A stretch of 64,000 nt of DNA from Candidatus Lustribacter sp. (GTDB lineage: Bacteria > Vulcanimicrobiota > Vulcanimicrobiia > Vulcanimicrobiales > Vulcanimicrobiaceae). Shown piece after piece: positions 38,892 through 48,126 of the stretch. Numbering within the stretch: the first letter of the stretch is position 1; every line of letters starts with the position of its first letter. The notes under the pieces were generated by a model, which saw nothing but the letters and a program-made list of their open reading frames with translations, did no database searches and had not been told where the DNA came from. The stretch covers positions 4,416,001-4,480,000 of the forward strand of contig OZ255842.1 of NCBI GenBank assembly GCA_965277805.1. The letters are read 5' to 3'. A program made the translations under genes and the position numbers.

Positions 38892-40067
38892 TTATTTGAC
38901 CGGCAAGGCGGCGCCGCCCATCTTGCTGACCGCGACGACCGCGTTACGCGCTGCGTCCCAGCGCACGATGATCAGGCTGTTCTCCGTAAGACCGCGCTGA
39001 GGCATTACGCGAAAATCGTACGGTCCGTTTACGCCGACCCAACCGCGCAAGTTGTCGAGATAATCGCGGAGCTGCGTCGCGGTCATGCCGGTACCAAACT
39101 TGCGCAGCGCCGAAACGATGAGCATGGCCGGATCCCACGCAGCGATGCCGACCATATCCGGCTTTGCGCCCACGGAGGCCAGTTCGGTGTTGATCACGCC
39201 AATCGCGTCGCGGGTGGCCCGGCTGTTCGCGTCGCCCGCATAATACGGCACGCTCGCGAAGTACACGCCGGAAGCGGGAAAGAGCGACCCGTACTGCTTG
39301 ATGAAGCTCGCGGTGAGGTTGCCGGTCGACGTATACGTCGGCAAGTCGATCCCGGCATCGCGTTCGGCGCGGAAGAGCGTGCCCGCCGGCGCGCCGGTGC
39401 CCCACGCGATCAGCACGTCGGGGTTCGTCGTTTTGATGCGCGCAAGTTGCGCCGAGACGCTTAGATCCTGGGGCGCATAATGCTCGCGCGCGACGATCTG
39501 CATGTCCTTGTTTTCGGGAAGCGCGGCGCCGGCGAGAATCGTCCGTTCGGCATCCTGTCCGCCGCCGTCGGTTGAGACCAGGTAGGCGACTTTGTGCCAA
39601 CCGCGGTCGCGAAAAAAGCGCCACGTCACTGCAAATGTCGGGTCGTACGGATGGGTGTAGAACTGGTAGCTTCCGGCGGGCGGCGAGCCGGCTTGCGCGA
39701 TGCAATACTGCACCGGCCCGTTCTTGATCAGCGGCAGCACCGCCGCGCAACTCTGCGGGCTGGACGGCCCGAAGATGACCGGTACGTTCTTCGCGATCAG
39801 GCTCTGCGTGAGCAGCACCGACGTCTTGGGATCGTTGCCGTCATCGAGAATATTGAACGAAATCGGCCGGCCATTGATGCCGCCGGTACGGTTGACGTAG
39901 GCCTCGAGCGCTTTGATCGCTTGAAGTTCGGTCTGGCCCACGAACGCGATGTTTCCGGTGAGAGGCAAGATGCCGTCGATCTCATAGGGATCGGCAGCGG
40001 GAGCCTGGGCAGGGGCGGTCATTGCGAGCAGTGTCGCGGCAAGAACGGCGGTGGCAAAGCGTTTCAT
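38892..40067 (-). CDS. Branched-chain type ABC substrate-binding protein
   Basis: Signal peptide, ILPLTG, VNRTGGINGRPI, DD..DP. Confidence 0.9.
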   Translation of the reverse strand: MKRFATAVLAATLLAMTAPAQAPAADPYEIDGILPLTGNIAFVGQTELQAIKALEAYVNRTGGINGRPISFNILDDGNDPKTSVLLTQSLIAKNVPVIFGPSSPQSCAAVLPLIKNGPVQYCIAQAGSPPAGSYQFYTHPYDPTFAVTWRFFRDRGWHKVAYLVSTDGGGQDAERTILAGAALPENKDMQIVAREHYAPQDLSVSAQLARIKTTNPDVLIAWGTGAPAGTLFRAERDAGIDLPTYTSTGNLTASFIKQYGSLFPASGVYFASVPYYAGDANSRATRDAIGVINTELASVGAKPDMVGIAAWDPAMLIVSALRKFGTGMTATQLRDYLDNLRGWVGVNGPYDFRVMPQRGLTENSLIIVRWDAARNAVVAVSKMGGAALPVK

Positions 40068-40152
40068 GCGCGGTACTCCGTCAACGTGGAAGCGACAGGT
40101 GACCGGTTTCTGCGCCGCTGAAGAGGCGAACGCCTTCGCATGGACACCGTTT

Positions 40153-40674
40153 ATGAAATTCGATGAATCTCTGACTCTGGAGCGCGTCTCGGCCGACTTC
40201 GTGGGTGCGTTCGTTGTGATGCGCGACGCTTTCACCGCGGCCGGCGAAGATGAGTGGACCGGCGGCGCGGTCATCGCGCACACGGATCCCGCCGGCTATC
40301 TCGAGACGCTCCGGAGCTGGAGCGATGGGAAGAACTTGCCCCCGAACTGGTGTCCGGCTGACTGCTACCTGATCTTCTCGGGGGATGACGTCATTGGCCA
40401 AATCGACATCCGTCATCCGCTCACCGAGCATCTTACGCAATATGGCGGCCATATCGGTTACCACGTTCATCCAGGCTACCGGAATCGTGGTGTTGCGACG
40501 TGGGCGCTGCGGGCTGCGCTGGAATTAATCGCGGCCAAAGGCGTTACCGAAGCGCTGGTGACCTGCGCGCACGATAACACGGCCTCGATCCGCGTCATCG
40601 AAAAGTGCGGCGGCGTGCGAACGACCGACAGCATGCGCCGCCGGTACCTCATCCCAACCGCGAACGGATCCTAG
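40153..40674 (+). CDS. GNAT family acetyltransferase
   Basis: IRHPL..GGHIGYHVHPGYRNRG, NTASIRVIEKCGG. Confidence 0.88.
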   Translation: MKFDESLTLERVSADFVGAFVVMRDAFTAAGEDEWTGGAVIAHTDPAGYLETLRSWSDGKNLPPNWCPADCYLIFSGDDVIGQIDIRHPLTEHLTQYGGHIGYHVHPGYRNRGVATWALRAALELIAAKGVTEALVTCAHDNTASIRVIEKCGGVRTTDSMRRRYLIPTANGS

Positions 40675-40675
40675 C

Positions 40676-41173
40676 GTGCAACGTATAGCCGGCCCTCGCC
40701 TGACGCTAGATCCCCTCGTTGAAGCGCACGCGGATGAACTCTTTGCGCAGATCAGCGATCCGCAAGCTCTGCTCTATATCGACAACCCTCCGCCGCCGAC
40801 CGTCGCTGGGCTACGCGCATATTATCGCCGGCTGGAATCGCGTCGCTCGCCCGATGGGACCGAGGGGTGCTTGAATTGGGCCGTCATGCTCGATGGGCAC
40901 GCCATCGGCTTTGTTCAGGCGACCGTAAAAACGGACGGATATATTACGCTGGCCTATGGTCTTGGCCGTTCTCATTGGGCTCGGGGCTACGCGACGGAAG
41001 CAGTCCGGCTCATGACCGGCTTCCTGGCGTCGCATTTTCCTGGTGCAGCGTTCGAGGCGACGGTCGATGAACGGAACGTCGCTTCTCGCCGTCTTCTGGA
41101 ACGTATTGGCCTCGAAATCACCGACCGCAGTGATTCGCGCAATATTCGCCTCGAAGGTCGCCGTTTGCAGTAG
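40676..41173 (+). CDS. GNAT (RimJ/RimL-like) acetyltransferase
   Basis: PRLTLDP, WARGYATEA, NVASRRLLERIG. Confidence 0.88.
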   Translation: MQRIAGPRLTLDPLVEAHADELFAQISDPQALLYIDNPPPPTVAGLRAYYRRLESRRSPDGTEGCLNWAVMLDGHAIGFVQATVKTDGYITLAYGLGRSHWARGYATEAVRLMTGFLASHFPGAAFEATVDERNVASRRLLERIGLEITDRSDSRNIRLEGRRLQ

Positions 41174-41233
41174 CCCGGAGTAAGCCTGCGCTCGGGGTGA
41201 GCGCGAAGGGTGAGCCGAAGTGCGTTCACATAC

Positions 41234-42610
41234 ATGGTACATCGTGCTCAAGTAAATCCGCTGGTGGTGCGAGGACCCCGACTCGTTCTCGGCGTTTGTT
41301 GTCTCGCATTGTTTCTCGTCACGATGGACGTGACGATCATGAATGTCGCGTTGCCGGCGATTCATGCGGGTCTGCAGTCCTCGATTGCCGACGTGCAATG
41401 GGCGGTCGACGGTTACAACGTCGTGATGGCGAGCATCTTGCTCTTGGCGGGATCGCTCGCCGACCGGTTCGGGCGCAAGTGCATGTTCCAGACCGGCATC
41501 GCGATCTTCGGAATCGCGTCGCTCGCGTGCAGCGTTGCACCGTCGATTCAGATGCTGATCCTCTTCCGGATCGTTCAGGCACTGGGCGCATCGCTGCTGA
41601 CGCCTTCGGGAATGGGGATCATTGCCAATACGTTCACCGACCCGAAAGAACGTGCTAAGGCGATCGGTGTGTGGGGCACGATGACCGGGCTCTCGATGAG
41701 CGCCGGCCCGCTGCTCGGTGGGTTGCTCACACAAACGCTGGGTTGGCGCTGGATCTTCGCCATTAACGTTCCATTTGTCATAGCGGCGCTCGTCCTCAGT
41801 GCGCTGGTCTTCACCGAATCGCGGGCTCCGCACGCGCGGCGATTCGATCCGATCGGCCAAGTACTTTCCATCGTGATGCTCGGTGCGTTCGTATGGGCGC
41901 TGATCGAAGGGCGCGAGACGCACTGGAGCACCGTCGCAATCGTCGCGTTGGTCGTCGCGATCGTCACGTTGGCACTTTTTATTCCATACGAACTGCGCCG
42001 CCGTGAGCCGCTCATCGAGCTGCACTTTTTCCGCAAGCTCCCATTCGCTTCGGCGTCAGCGAGCGCCGTCATCGCGTTTATCGCGTTCAATTCGTTCCTC
42101 TTTGTCGCGACGTTTTATCTGCAGGGGACGCGCGAGTTCTCACCCTTGGTTGCGGGTCTTTTCCTCGTGCCGGCATCGATCGTTATGATGATCGCCTCGC
42201 CGATCGCTGCGCGGCTGGCCGCAAGCGGCCGTGCCGGGCTCTCGTTTATGTTGTCGGGCGGCGCCTTCGTGCTGGGGTCGGTGTTGTTGTTTGCGATTTC
42301 ACCTGAGACGAACATCGCGCAGCTTCTAACGGGGTTCGCGCTCTTCGGAGCGGGGCTCGGTCTAGCGAACGCCGTGATCACGACCGCAGCCGTCGCGGGG
42401 ATGCCGCGCGAGCAGACGGGCGTAGCGGTTGGGATCGTTTCGGCGTTTCGCGTTGTCGGGTCGGCACTTGGGATAGCCCTGGCGGGGACGCCGGCGTTGT
42501 TTTCATGGTGGCTGCCGATCGGGTGTGGTCTCGGCGTGTTACTGTTCGGCGTCGCGCTGCAACAAACGCAGCGTGTCGATTTTGAAGCTTCCGGATCGAC
42601 GTCTCGGTAG
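41234..42610 (+). CDS. MFS transporter, DHA2-like (start uncertain)
   Basis: DVTIMNVALP, GSLADRFGRK, WRWIFAINVP. Confidence 0.9.
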   Translation: MVHRAQVNPLVVRGPRLVLGVCCLALFLVTMDVTIMNVALPAIHAGLQSSIADVQWAVDGYNVVMASILLLAGSLADRFGRKCMFQTGIAIFGIASLACSVAPSIQMLILFRIVQALGASLLTPSGMGIIANTFTDPKERAKAIGVWGTMTGLSMSAGPLLGGLLTQTLGWRWIFAINVPFVIAALVLSALVFTESRAPHARRFDPIGQVLSIVMLGAFVWALIEGRETHWSTVAIVALVVAIVTLALFIPYELRRREPLIELHFFRKLPFASASASAVIAFIAFNSFLFVATFYLQGTREFSPLVAGLFLVPASIVMMIASPIAARLAASGRAGLSFMLSGGAFVLGSVLLFAISPETNIAQLLTGFALFGAGLGLANAVITTAAVAGMPREQTGVAVGIVSAFRVVGSALGIALAGTPALFSWWLPIGCGLGVLLFGVALQQTQRVDFEASGSTSR

Positions 42611-42637
42611 ATACCAAAGCTAAAAGGGGATCACCTG

Positions 42638-42988
42638 ATGAAGTTCTTCTCCGTTTTCACGCTCGATCCGAGCGCTCCGCCGGCGCCGCCCGATCCGGAA
42701 ATGTATGCCAAAATGGACGCGCTCATCAAAGAGCTCATGGACGCAGGCACGATGCTCGACACGGGCGGCGTCATGCCGACCGGTGTGAGCTTACGCGTCA
42801 CGCGGACGCAGGGCAACGTCCGCGTCACGGATGGGCCGTTTGCCGAGGCCAAGGAAGTGGTTGGCGGCTTCGCCCTGTTTGAGGTTGGTTCGAAAGACGA
42901 GGCGGCCGCACTCACAGAACGTTTCCTGGGACTCGTCGGCAACGGAACGTGTACGCTCTACGAGGTTTCCGAAACGCCGGGGGCGTGA
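42638..42988 (+). CDS. YciI/DGPF family protein
   Basis: VTDGPFAEAKEVVGGFA. Confidence 0.9.
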   Translation: MKFFSVFTLDPSAPPAPPDPEMYAKMDALIKELMDAGTMLDTGGVMPTGVSLRVTRTQGNVRVTDGPFAEAKEVVGGFALFEVGSKDEAAALTERFLGLVGNGTCTLYEVSETPGA

Positions 42989-43019
42989 CGAGCGGCGGCC
43001 TTGCGGGTAGGGGACCACC

Positions 43020-43322
43020 ATGAATAATACATTCCGTACCCTCATGCTCGCCGGCGCCACGTCGATCGCGACGATGACGACGGCTCTTCCTCAACCGGCG
43101 TTAGCGGACACAACCTCAACGGCACTTATTGCCGGCGCCGCGGCCGCAATTGTCGGCAGTCTCATCTACGATTCGAGCAAACATCAGTATTACTACCAGC
43201 GTGGGTCGCAACGCCGCTACGTTGATAACAATACGGCCACGTACTATCGCCAACATGGCGGCCGTTACCGCGGACCCGAGGGTCAATGGCACGGCAACCA
43301 TTACAACGGCCCCCATCATTAG
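43020..43322 (+). CDS. Small secreted hypothetical protein
   Basis: Signal peptide ending PALA, hydrophobic IAGAAAAIVG segment, Tyr/His/Gly-rich tail. Confidence 0.7.
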   Translation: MNNTFRTLMLAGATSIATMTTALPQPALADTTSTALIAGAAAAIVGSLIYDSSKHQYYYQRGSQRRYVDNNTATYYRQHGGRYRGPEGQWHGNHYNGPHH

Positions 43323-43328
43323 CTGAAT

Positions 43329-43363
43329 AGGGGCTGACCCGTGTGCCGGCGTCAGCCCCTTTT
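43329..43363 (+). terminator. Intrinsic terminator
   Basis: AGGGGCTGAC-N12-GTCAGCCCCT followed by TTT, between convergent genes. Confidence 0.7.
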
Positions 43364-43369
43364 CTCGCG

Positions 43370-44449
43370 CTAGCTTATGAGCAGCCGGATAGCTTCTACC
43401 GGCCGCGGTTGCAATTCTTCGACGGCGATGCCGTACAGACGGGCCACGGTCTCGCTCAAAAGTTTCTTGCGGATGTCCGCCATCAGGTGCCCGAGATCGC
43501 GGGCGATAACATCGCGCGAATTGGGCCACGTGGAATTTGGATGCGGGTAGTCGTTCGACCACATGCAGCTATCGAAACCCCATTCTTGCAGCATCCAGCG
43601 GCTCGGCGGATCGTTGAAGAACGTCGCAAAGACCTGACGCCCGAAGTACGCGCCCGGGAGCTCCTTTGCGGGAATCGCATATTTGCCGCCGCGGGCGATG
43701 TACTTATCCCACTGACTGGTCACGAACGGCAGCCAGCTGATTTCATTTTCGACCAGCACGAGTTTGAGTTTCGGGTAGCGATCGAGCACGCCGGAGCCCA
43801 CGATTTGCAGCAATGCGTTGGCGGCATACAGCAGTTTGAGGTTCACCGACAGCTCGATGTGCTCGAGTGCCGTTTCGTCACGCTCGGTACCCTTTAGAAT
43901 CAAGCCGGGTGTGTATGGAGCACCGGTGAGGATGTGCAGGCTGACCGGCATCTCCAGGGCCTCAGCTGCTGCCCAGAACGGCTCGTAGTAGTCGCCGGCA
44001 AAGGAAAACTCCGGCGGCGGTACTTGCCATATCAACGCGCCGCGCAGGCCCTCGTTCTTGCAGCGCTCTAATTCGCGCACCGCTGCAGCGATATCGAACG
44101 TCGAAATGGAGGCGAGCCCGATGAGTTGCTTGGGCGCATAGCGGCAAAACTCGATGAGCCAATCGTTGTAGACACGAAAGCACGCTTCCTGAACGGCGCG
44201 ATCCGGGATGCCGAACTGTTCCAAACCGTACGTCGGATAGAGCACTTCGCACGACACGCCGTCGACCGCCATTTCCTCGAGCCGCGCCGCTGGATCGTTC
44301 GCACCGGGACGCGGAGCCTTCCGTGCCTTCATGTGCTCGTATGATGGCGCCCGATCGCGCAGATTCGCCGGCAACCGCGTCGCCCACAGATCGGGGTCTT
44401 CGACGACGTGCGAGTCCGAAGAAATCAGGAGCTCTGAAGGCGCGGTCAT
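43370..44449 (-). CDS. Amidohydrolase_2 family protein
   Basis: ISSDSHVVE, EVLYPT, YNDWL, VSLH, MWSNDYPHPNSTWP. Confidence 0.92.
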   Translation of the reverse strand: MTAPSELLISSDSHVVEDPDLWATRLPANLRDRAPSYEHMKARKAPRPGANDPAARLEEMAVDGVSCEVLYPTYGLEQFGIPDRAVQEACFRVYNDWLIEFCRYAPKQLIGLASISTFDIAAAVRELERCKNEGLRGALIWQVPPPEFSFAGDYYEPFWAAAEALEMPVSLHILTGAPYTPGLILKGTERDETALEHIELSVNLKLLYAANALLQIVGSGVLDRYPKLKLVLVENEISWLPFVTSQWDKYIARGGKYAIPAKELPGAYFGRQVFATFFNDPPSRWMLQEWGFDSCMWSNDYPHPNSTWPNSRDVIARDLGHLMADIRKKLLSETVARLYGIAVEELQPRPVEAIRLLIS

Positions 44450-45417
44450 AGCGTCGCGATTATATCGCGTGCGTCGAAACCCTTCGGGATCACCTTGTAC
44501 CTGGCGGCGGCGTCGATCACGGGCTGAATGTCGCGCGGATCGAGTGCGGTTTCGAAGCGGGCGCGCGTCATGTGCGTAATCGTGGCCAGTTCGATTCCCG
44601 AGTACTTTGCGAGAATCGGCGCAGTCTGCGACTGGTGCGTATTGGCATACGCGGCGGCCTTTGCCAACACCGCCGTGAACGCGCGCACCGTTGCCGGGTT
44701 CTTCTGCACGTAGTCCGTGCTGCTGATCCAGGCGGTAGCAAGGAAGCGTGGCGCGATTCCGATCGAGGGATCGCCCAGGTTGCGATACTTCCCGGTTGCG
44801 ACGAGACCCGCGAGCGTCGGATTCGCGACGCCGGCGGCGGCAATTCGGCCGGTATCGAGCGCGGAGCCGACTTGCGTTCCGGTCAGCTCGACGAATTGCA
44901 TGGTATCCGAATGCCCGCCGCTGCGGTCGACGGAGCCTTTCATGCTGACGGCAAGGATATCGTTGAGCGCCGAACTCGAAACGGTCTTGCCGCTGAGGTC
45001 CGACATCGCATGCAGCGGTCCGTCGGCGAGGACAAGGACGCCGACCGCGGGTGACGTGGTGAGATAGAGCGTCGAACCCGCAATGAGGGTCAGCGGTACA
45101 CCGCGCGCGCGCGCGTTAACGACCGCAAACAAGCTCACGATGCCCAGATCGATGCTGTTGCCTGCGAGCGCAGCAGCAACGGCGGTACCGTTGTTGATAA
45201 CTTGCAGTTCGACGTCGAGTCCGGCGTCGCGAAACATCCCCGAATCCAACGCGTACAACAGCGGCGTGGCAAAGTCGTTGGTGACCGCTCCCGCCCGAAC
45301 GTGAATCGGCGTTTGCGCACGGGCCGGAACCAGCGTCGATTCGAGTGCGGCGACCGCGGCCAGCGGGGCCAAGCACAGCCGGCCGATCGCAGCCCGGCGG
45401 CTCTCACGTTGGTTCAT
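44446..45417 (-). CDS. NitT/TauT-type substrate-binding protein with Tat-like signal
   Basis: SRRAAI, GMFRDAGLDV, DLSGK, IQPVIDAAARYK; AAGGAG RBS. Confidence 0.9.
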   Translation of the reverse strand: MNQRESRRAAIGRLCLAPLAAVAALESTLVPARAQTPIHVRAGAVTNDFATPLLYALDSGMFRDAGLDVELQVINNGTAVAAALAGNSIDLGIVSLFAVVNARARGVPLTLIAGSTLYLTTSPAVGVLVLADGPLHAMSDLSGKTVSSSALNDILAVSMKGSVDRSGGHSDTMQFVELTGTQVGSALDTGRIAAAGVANPTLAGLVATGKYRNLGDPSIGIAPRFLATAWISSTDYVQKNPATVRAFTAVLAKAAAYANTHQSQTAPILAKYSGIELATITHMTRARFETALDPRDIQPVIDAAARYKVIPKGFDARDIIATL

Positions 45418-45435
45418 GCGATATCTCCTTCGCCG

Positions 45436-46404
45436 TTACGCGAACAATTTGCCGGAGTAAATGCCCTCGAAGAGCCGGCGCACGTTCTCGTCACGTATCG
45501 CTATGACGTCGGCTTCGGGCAATCCGCTGGCACCGACATAGTCGACCTGCCACTGGTAGTCATCGTCGCGGAAGAACGGGTAGTCGGACCCGAGCACGAT
45601 GCGATCGGCGCCGAATACCTCGCACGCGCATTGCAGCGCCGGACCGAAGCCATTGACGGAATCGTACCAGAACTTCTTCGTGAAGAACGCGAGCGCGGCT
45701 TTGTCCGGCAGCTTGGCCCGAATGATGCGCTCGAGACGATGCATGAGGAAGGGCAGTGTGCCGCCCAAGTGCGGCAAGATACAGCGGATGCGCGGATACG
45801 CTTCGGTGAAGCCTGAGGTCATCAGCTGCACGGCGCAGAGCGTGTCCTCCGCCGTTCCGCCGAGCGGCCACAAAAGGCCCTCGGCGCGGATTTGCGGCGA
45901 GCCGCACGCGAGACCCGCGGGATGGATGAACAAGATCGCCGCGCGCCGATCGAGTTCGGCATACACGGGATCGAAGATCGGGTCGCCGAGCGTTTTCCCA
46001 AGGACCGACGTCGCCACGCTGATCCCCACGAAGCGCAAGTCATCGAGGCAGCGCGTGAGTTCGGCGAGCGATTCTTGGATGTGTGGCAGCGGCAGCGAAC
46101 CGAACGCTTCGAAGCGCAACGGATGGTCGTTCACGAGTTGCGCGTAAAGATCGTTAAGGTAGCGCGCGGTCCGGACGCCGCTTGCAGCATCCGCGAAGTA
46201 CGGCATCAAGCCCGAGGCGCTGAGGATCTGCCGGTCGACGCCGGCGCGATCCATGACGCGAAAGCGCGCTTCGAGGTCGGCTTCATGGCTTGGGTAGACG
46301 ATCGCGCGGCCCGAGGCAACGCCGGGCTCGATGTTGCCGCACTCCTCGAGCAAAGCGAGGTACTCGTTATTCATGTAGTGAGCGTGAACGTCGATGCGCG
46401 CCAT
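45436..46404 (-). CDS. Amidohydrolase_2 (decarboxylase-like) protein
   Basis: IDVHAH, LFIHP, PHLGGTLP, LGSDYP. Confidence 0.92.
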   Translation of the reverse strand: MARIDVHAHYMNNEYLALLEECGNIEPGVASGRAIVYPSHEADLEARFRVMDRAGVDRQILSASGLMPYFADAASGVRTARYLNDLYAQLVNDHPLRFEAFGSLPLPHIQESLAELTRCLDDLRFVGISVATSVLGKTLGDPIFDPVYAELDRRAAILFIHPAGLACGSPQIRAEGLLWPLGGTAEDTLCAVQLMTSGFTEAYPRIRCILPHLGGTLPFLMHRLERIIRAKLPDKAALAFFTKKFWYDSVNGFGPALQCACEVFGADRIVLGSDYPFFRDDDYQWQVDYVGASGLPEADVIAIRDENVRRLFEGIYSGKLFA

Positions 46405-46475
46405 GCCAAAGGCTTTGCGAACCGGACGGCGAGTTACTTCTTACACAAGATCGATTTCAGCTGGTAGGAGAGACT

Positions 46476-46928
46476 ATGCGAAAATCAATGCGACGTGAGT
46501 TGTTCCTGACGAGCGCGCTCGGATTTGCGGCGGCGGGCGCACTAAACGCGCGGCCGGTCAGTGCAGCGGACCTCGGGCTAACCTACGTTGAGGCGCTCTC
46601 GTCGCTCGATGACTTTCTCGAAGCCTGGCGCTCGCGGAACGCAGCGGCGGGACTCGCGCGCGTCTCTCCGGCCGAACAGAAGCGGCTGGGGGTTTCCAAC
46701 ATCCGAGGCTGGTTGACCGGCGTCTCTTCGCCCAACAACGCCGCGTTCGAAGTCAGCGACGGTCACGCGCTATCAGCGGCGCGATACCGCTTCACGGTGA
46801 AGTTTTACTACTACCTCACCGGCGGCGGCGTCATCCAGCCGCCGGCGCAAGCCGTCGACGTAGCGCGTCAAACAAATGGCGCGTGGCTGATCGACGCGGT
46901 GAAGTTGAGCGGTCCCGACGTCAAGTAA
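46476..46928 (+). CDS. Tat-exported hypothetical protein
   Basis: AGGAG RBS; MRRELFL; NTF2-like C-terminal strand GAWLID. Confidence 0.7.
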   Translation: MRKSMRRELFLTSALGFAAAGALNARPVSAADLGLTYVEALSSLDDFLEAWRSRNAAAGLARVSPAEQKRLGVSNIRGWLTGVSSPNNAAFEVSDGHALSAARYRFTVKFYYYLTGGGVIQPPAQAVDVARQTNGAWLIDAVKLSGPDVK

Positions 46929-46936
46929 CGTCAGCG

Positions 46937-46962
46937 GCGCGGCCGAAGGCCTTCAGCCGCGC
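46937..46962. repeat. 26-bp near-perfect palindrome
   Basis: GCGCGGCCGAAGG/CCTTCAGCCGCGC with one mismatch, just after a stop codon. Confidence 0.5.
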
Positions 46963-47082
46963 TTCGCTCGGTGTTAGGCTAGGCCTTTCGCGCCCGTCAG
47001 CCCAACCCTTATCCACGGGTGTAACAGGCTGGAGTGGGATCGTAGCGAGAATCAGCTACCGAGGATTATAGGAGGCATCGCA

Positions 47083-48126
47083 ATGCGAACTCTCTCTACC
47101 CGAATCCGCGCGCTGCTCGTGGCAATCGCTGTTTTTGGTGGCGCACTTCTGCCGAGTTACGCGGGCGCACAAGCCGATGTCGTGCGCGTAGCGCTCAGCC
47201 TTACCACATACAGCAATCTGCCGCTTTTCTTGGCCGCGGACAAGGGGTACTTCCGCGACGCGGGCCTCGACGTTCAGCTCAGCGGCTTCGGCGGGTCGTC
47301 GACCGCGCAGATCCCGCGACTGGCGCGTGGCGACACGGATATGCTTGCGCTCGCGTTGGGCCCCGCGTTCTTCAACCAGTTCTCGGGCGGCTTCAATATC
47401 AAGCTGCTCGCAACGCTCGAGGCGGAGCGCACTGGTTGGAACAACACATCGTGGCTCTCCGTTCGGCAAGACCTATGGGATTCGAAGACCATTCGCCAAC
47501 CCAAAGATTTGCGCGGCAAGGTCGTCGATGGCGCCGCCGAGGGCTCGCCGTTGGACCTGCTCGCGTTGACGGCAATTCAGCAAGGCGGGCTCACCACGAG
47601 TGACGTGCACTACTCGCAGAAATTTCGTGACCCGCCCAACTGGCTGACCGCATTCCGCAACAAGGCCGTCGACGTGCAAGGATTGCCCGAACCGATTGCG
47701 ACGCAAATGGAGATTCAGAAGATCGCGCACAAATGGATCGGCCTCTCGAATGTTGCTCCGTGGTTTAACGAAGAGTTCATCGCCGCATCGCCGAGCTTCG
47801 CGCGCGATCATCACGATGCAGTCGTGCGTTTTCTGCGCGCTTATCTTCGCGCCGTTCGTGACGTACAACATTCCAACGGCAAATGGACGCCCGAAATGGT
47901 GACGTCGCTTGCGAAATGGACGTCGCTTCCGGAGAGCACGATCCGCCAGATTCCCGGCCCGGCGTTCCCGGGTGACGGAAGCATCAACAATGCATCGGTG
48001 GCGCACCAGGAAGACTTCTGGCACGATCGCGGTCTCGTTCCGGCGATCGTGCCGCCGGGCGCCTTCATCGACTCCCAGTCGTTGACCGAAGCTATGACGC
48101 GCGGGCGAGGGGGATCGAGCCCGTAA
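47083..48126 (+). CDS. NitT/TauT-type substrate-binding protein
   Basis: Signal peptide, DKGYFRDAGLDV, KDLRGK, VRFLRAY; AGGAGG RBS. Confidence 0.9.
   Translation: MRTLSTRIRALLVAIAVFGGALLPSYAGAQADVVRVALSLTTYSNLPLFLAADKGYFRDAGLDVQLSGFGGSSTAQIPRLARGDTDMLALALGPAFFNQFSGGFNIKLLATLEAERTGWNNTSWLSVRQDLWDSKTIRQPKDLRGKVVDGAAEGSPLDLLALTAIQQGGLTTSDVHYSQKFRDPPNWLTAFRNKAVDVQGLPEPIATQMEIQKIAHKWIGLSNVAPWFNEEFIAASPSFARDHHDAVVRFLRAYLRAVRDVQHSNGKWTPEMVTSLAKWTSLPESTIRQIPGPAFPGDGSINNASVAHQEDFWHDRGLVPAIVPPGAFIDSQSLTEAMTRGRGGSSP

Noticed and set aside
47009-47017. TTATCCACG resembling a DnaA box
   Set aside because: Single mismatched copy with no cluster, no AT-rich unwinding region and no replication genes
47005-47075. 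Possible riboswitch before the SBP at 47083
   Set aside because: Only short hairpins; conserved cores of SAM, TPP or cobalamin riboswitches not found. An Rfam scan would settle it
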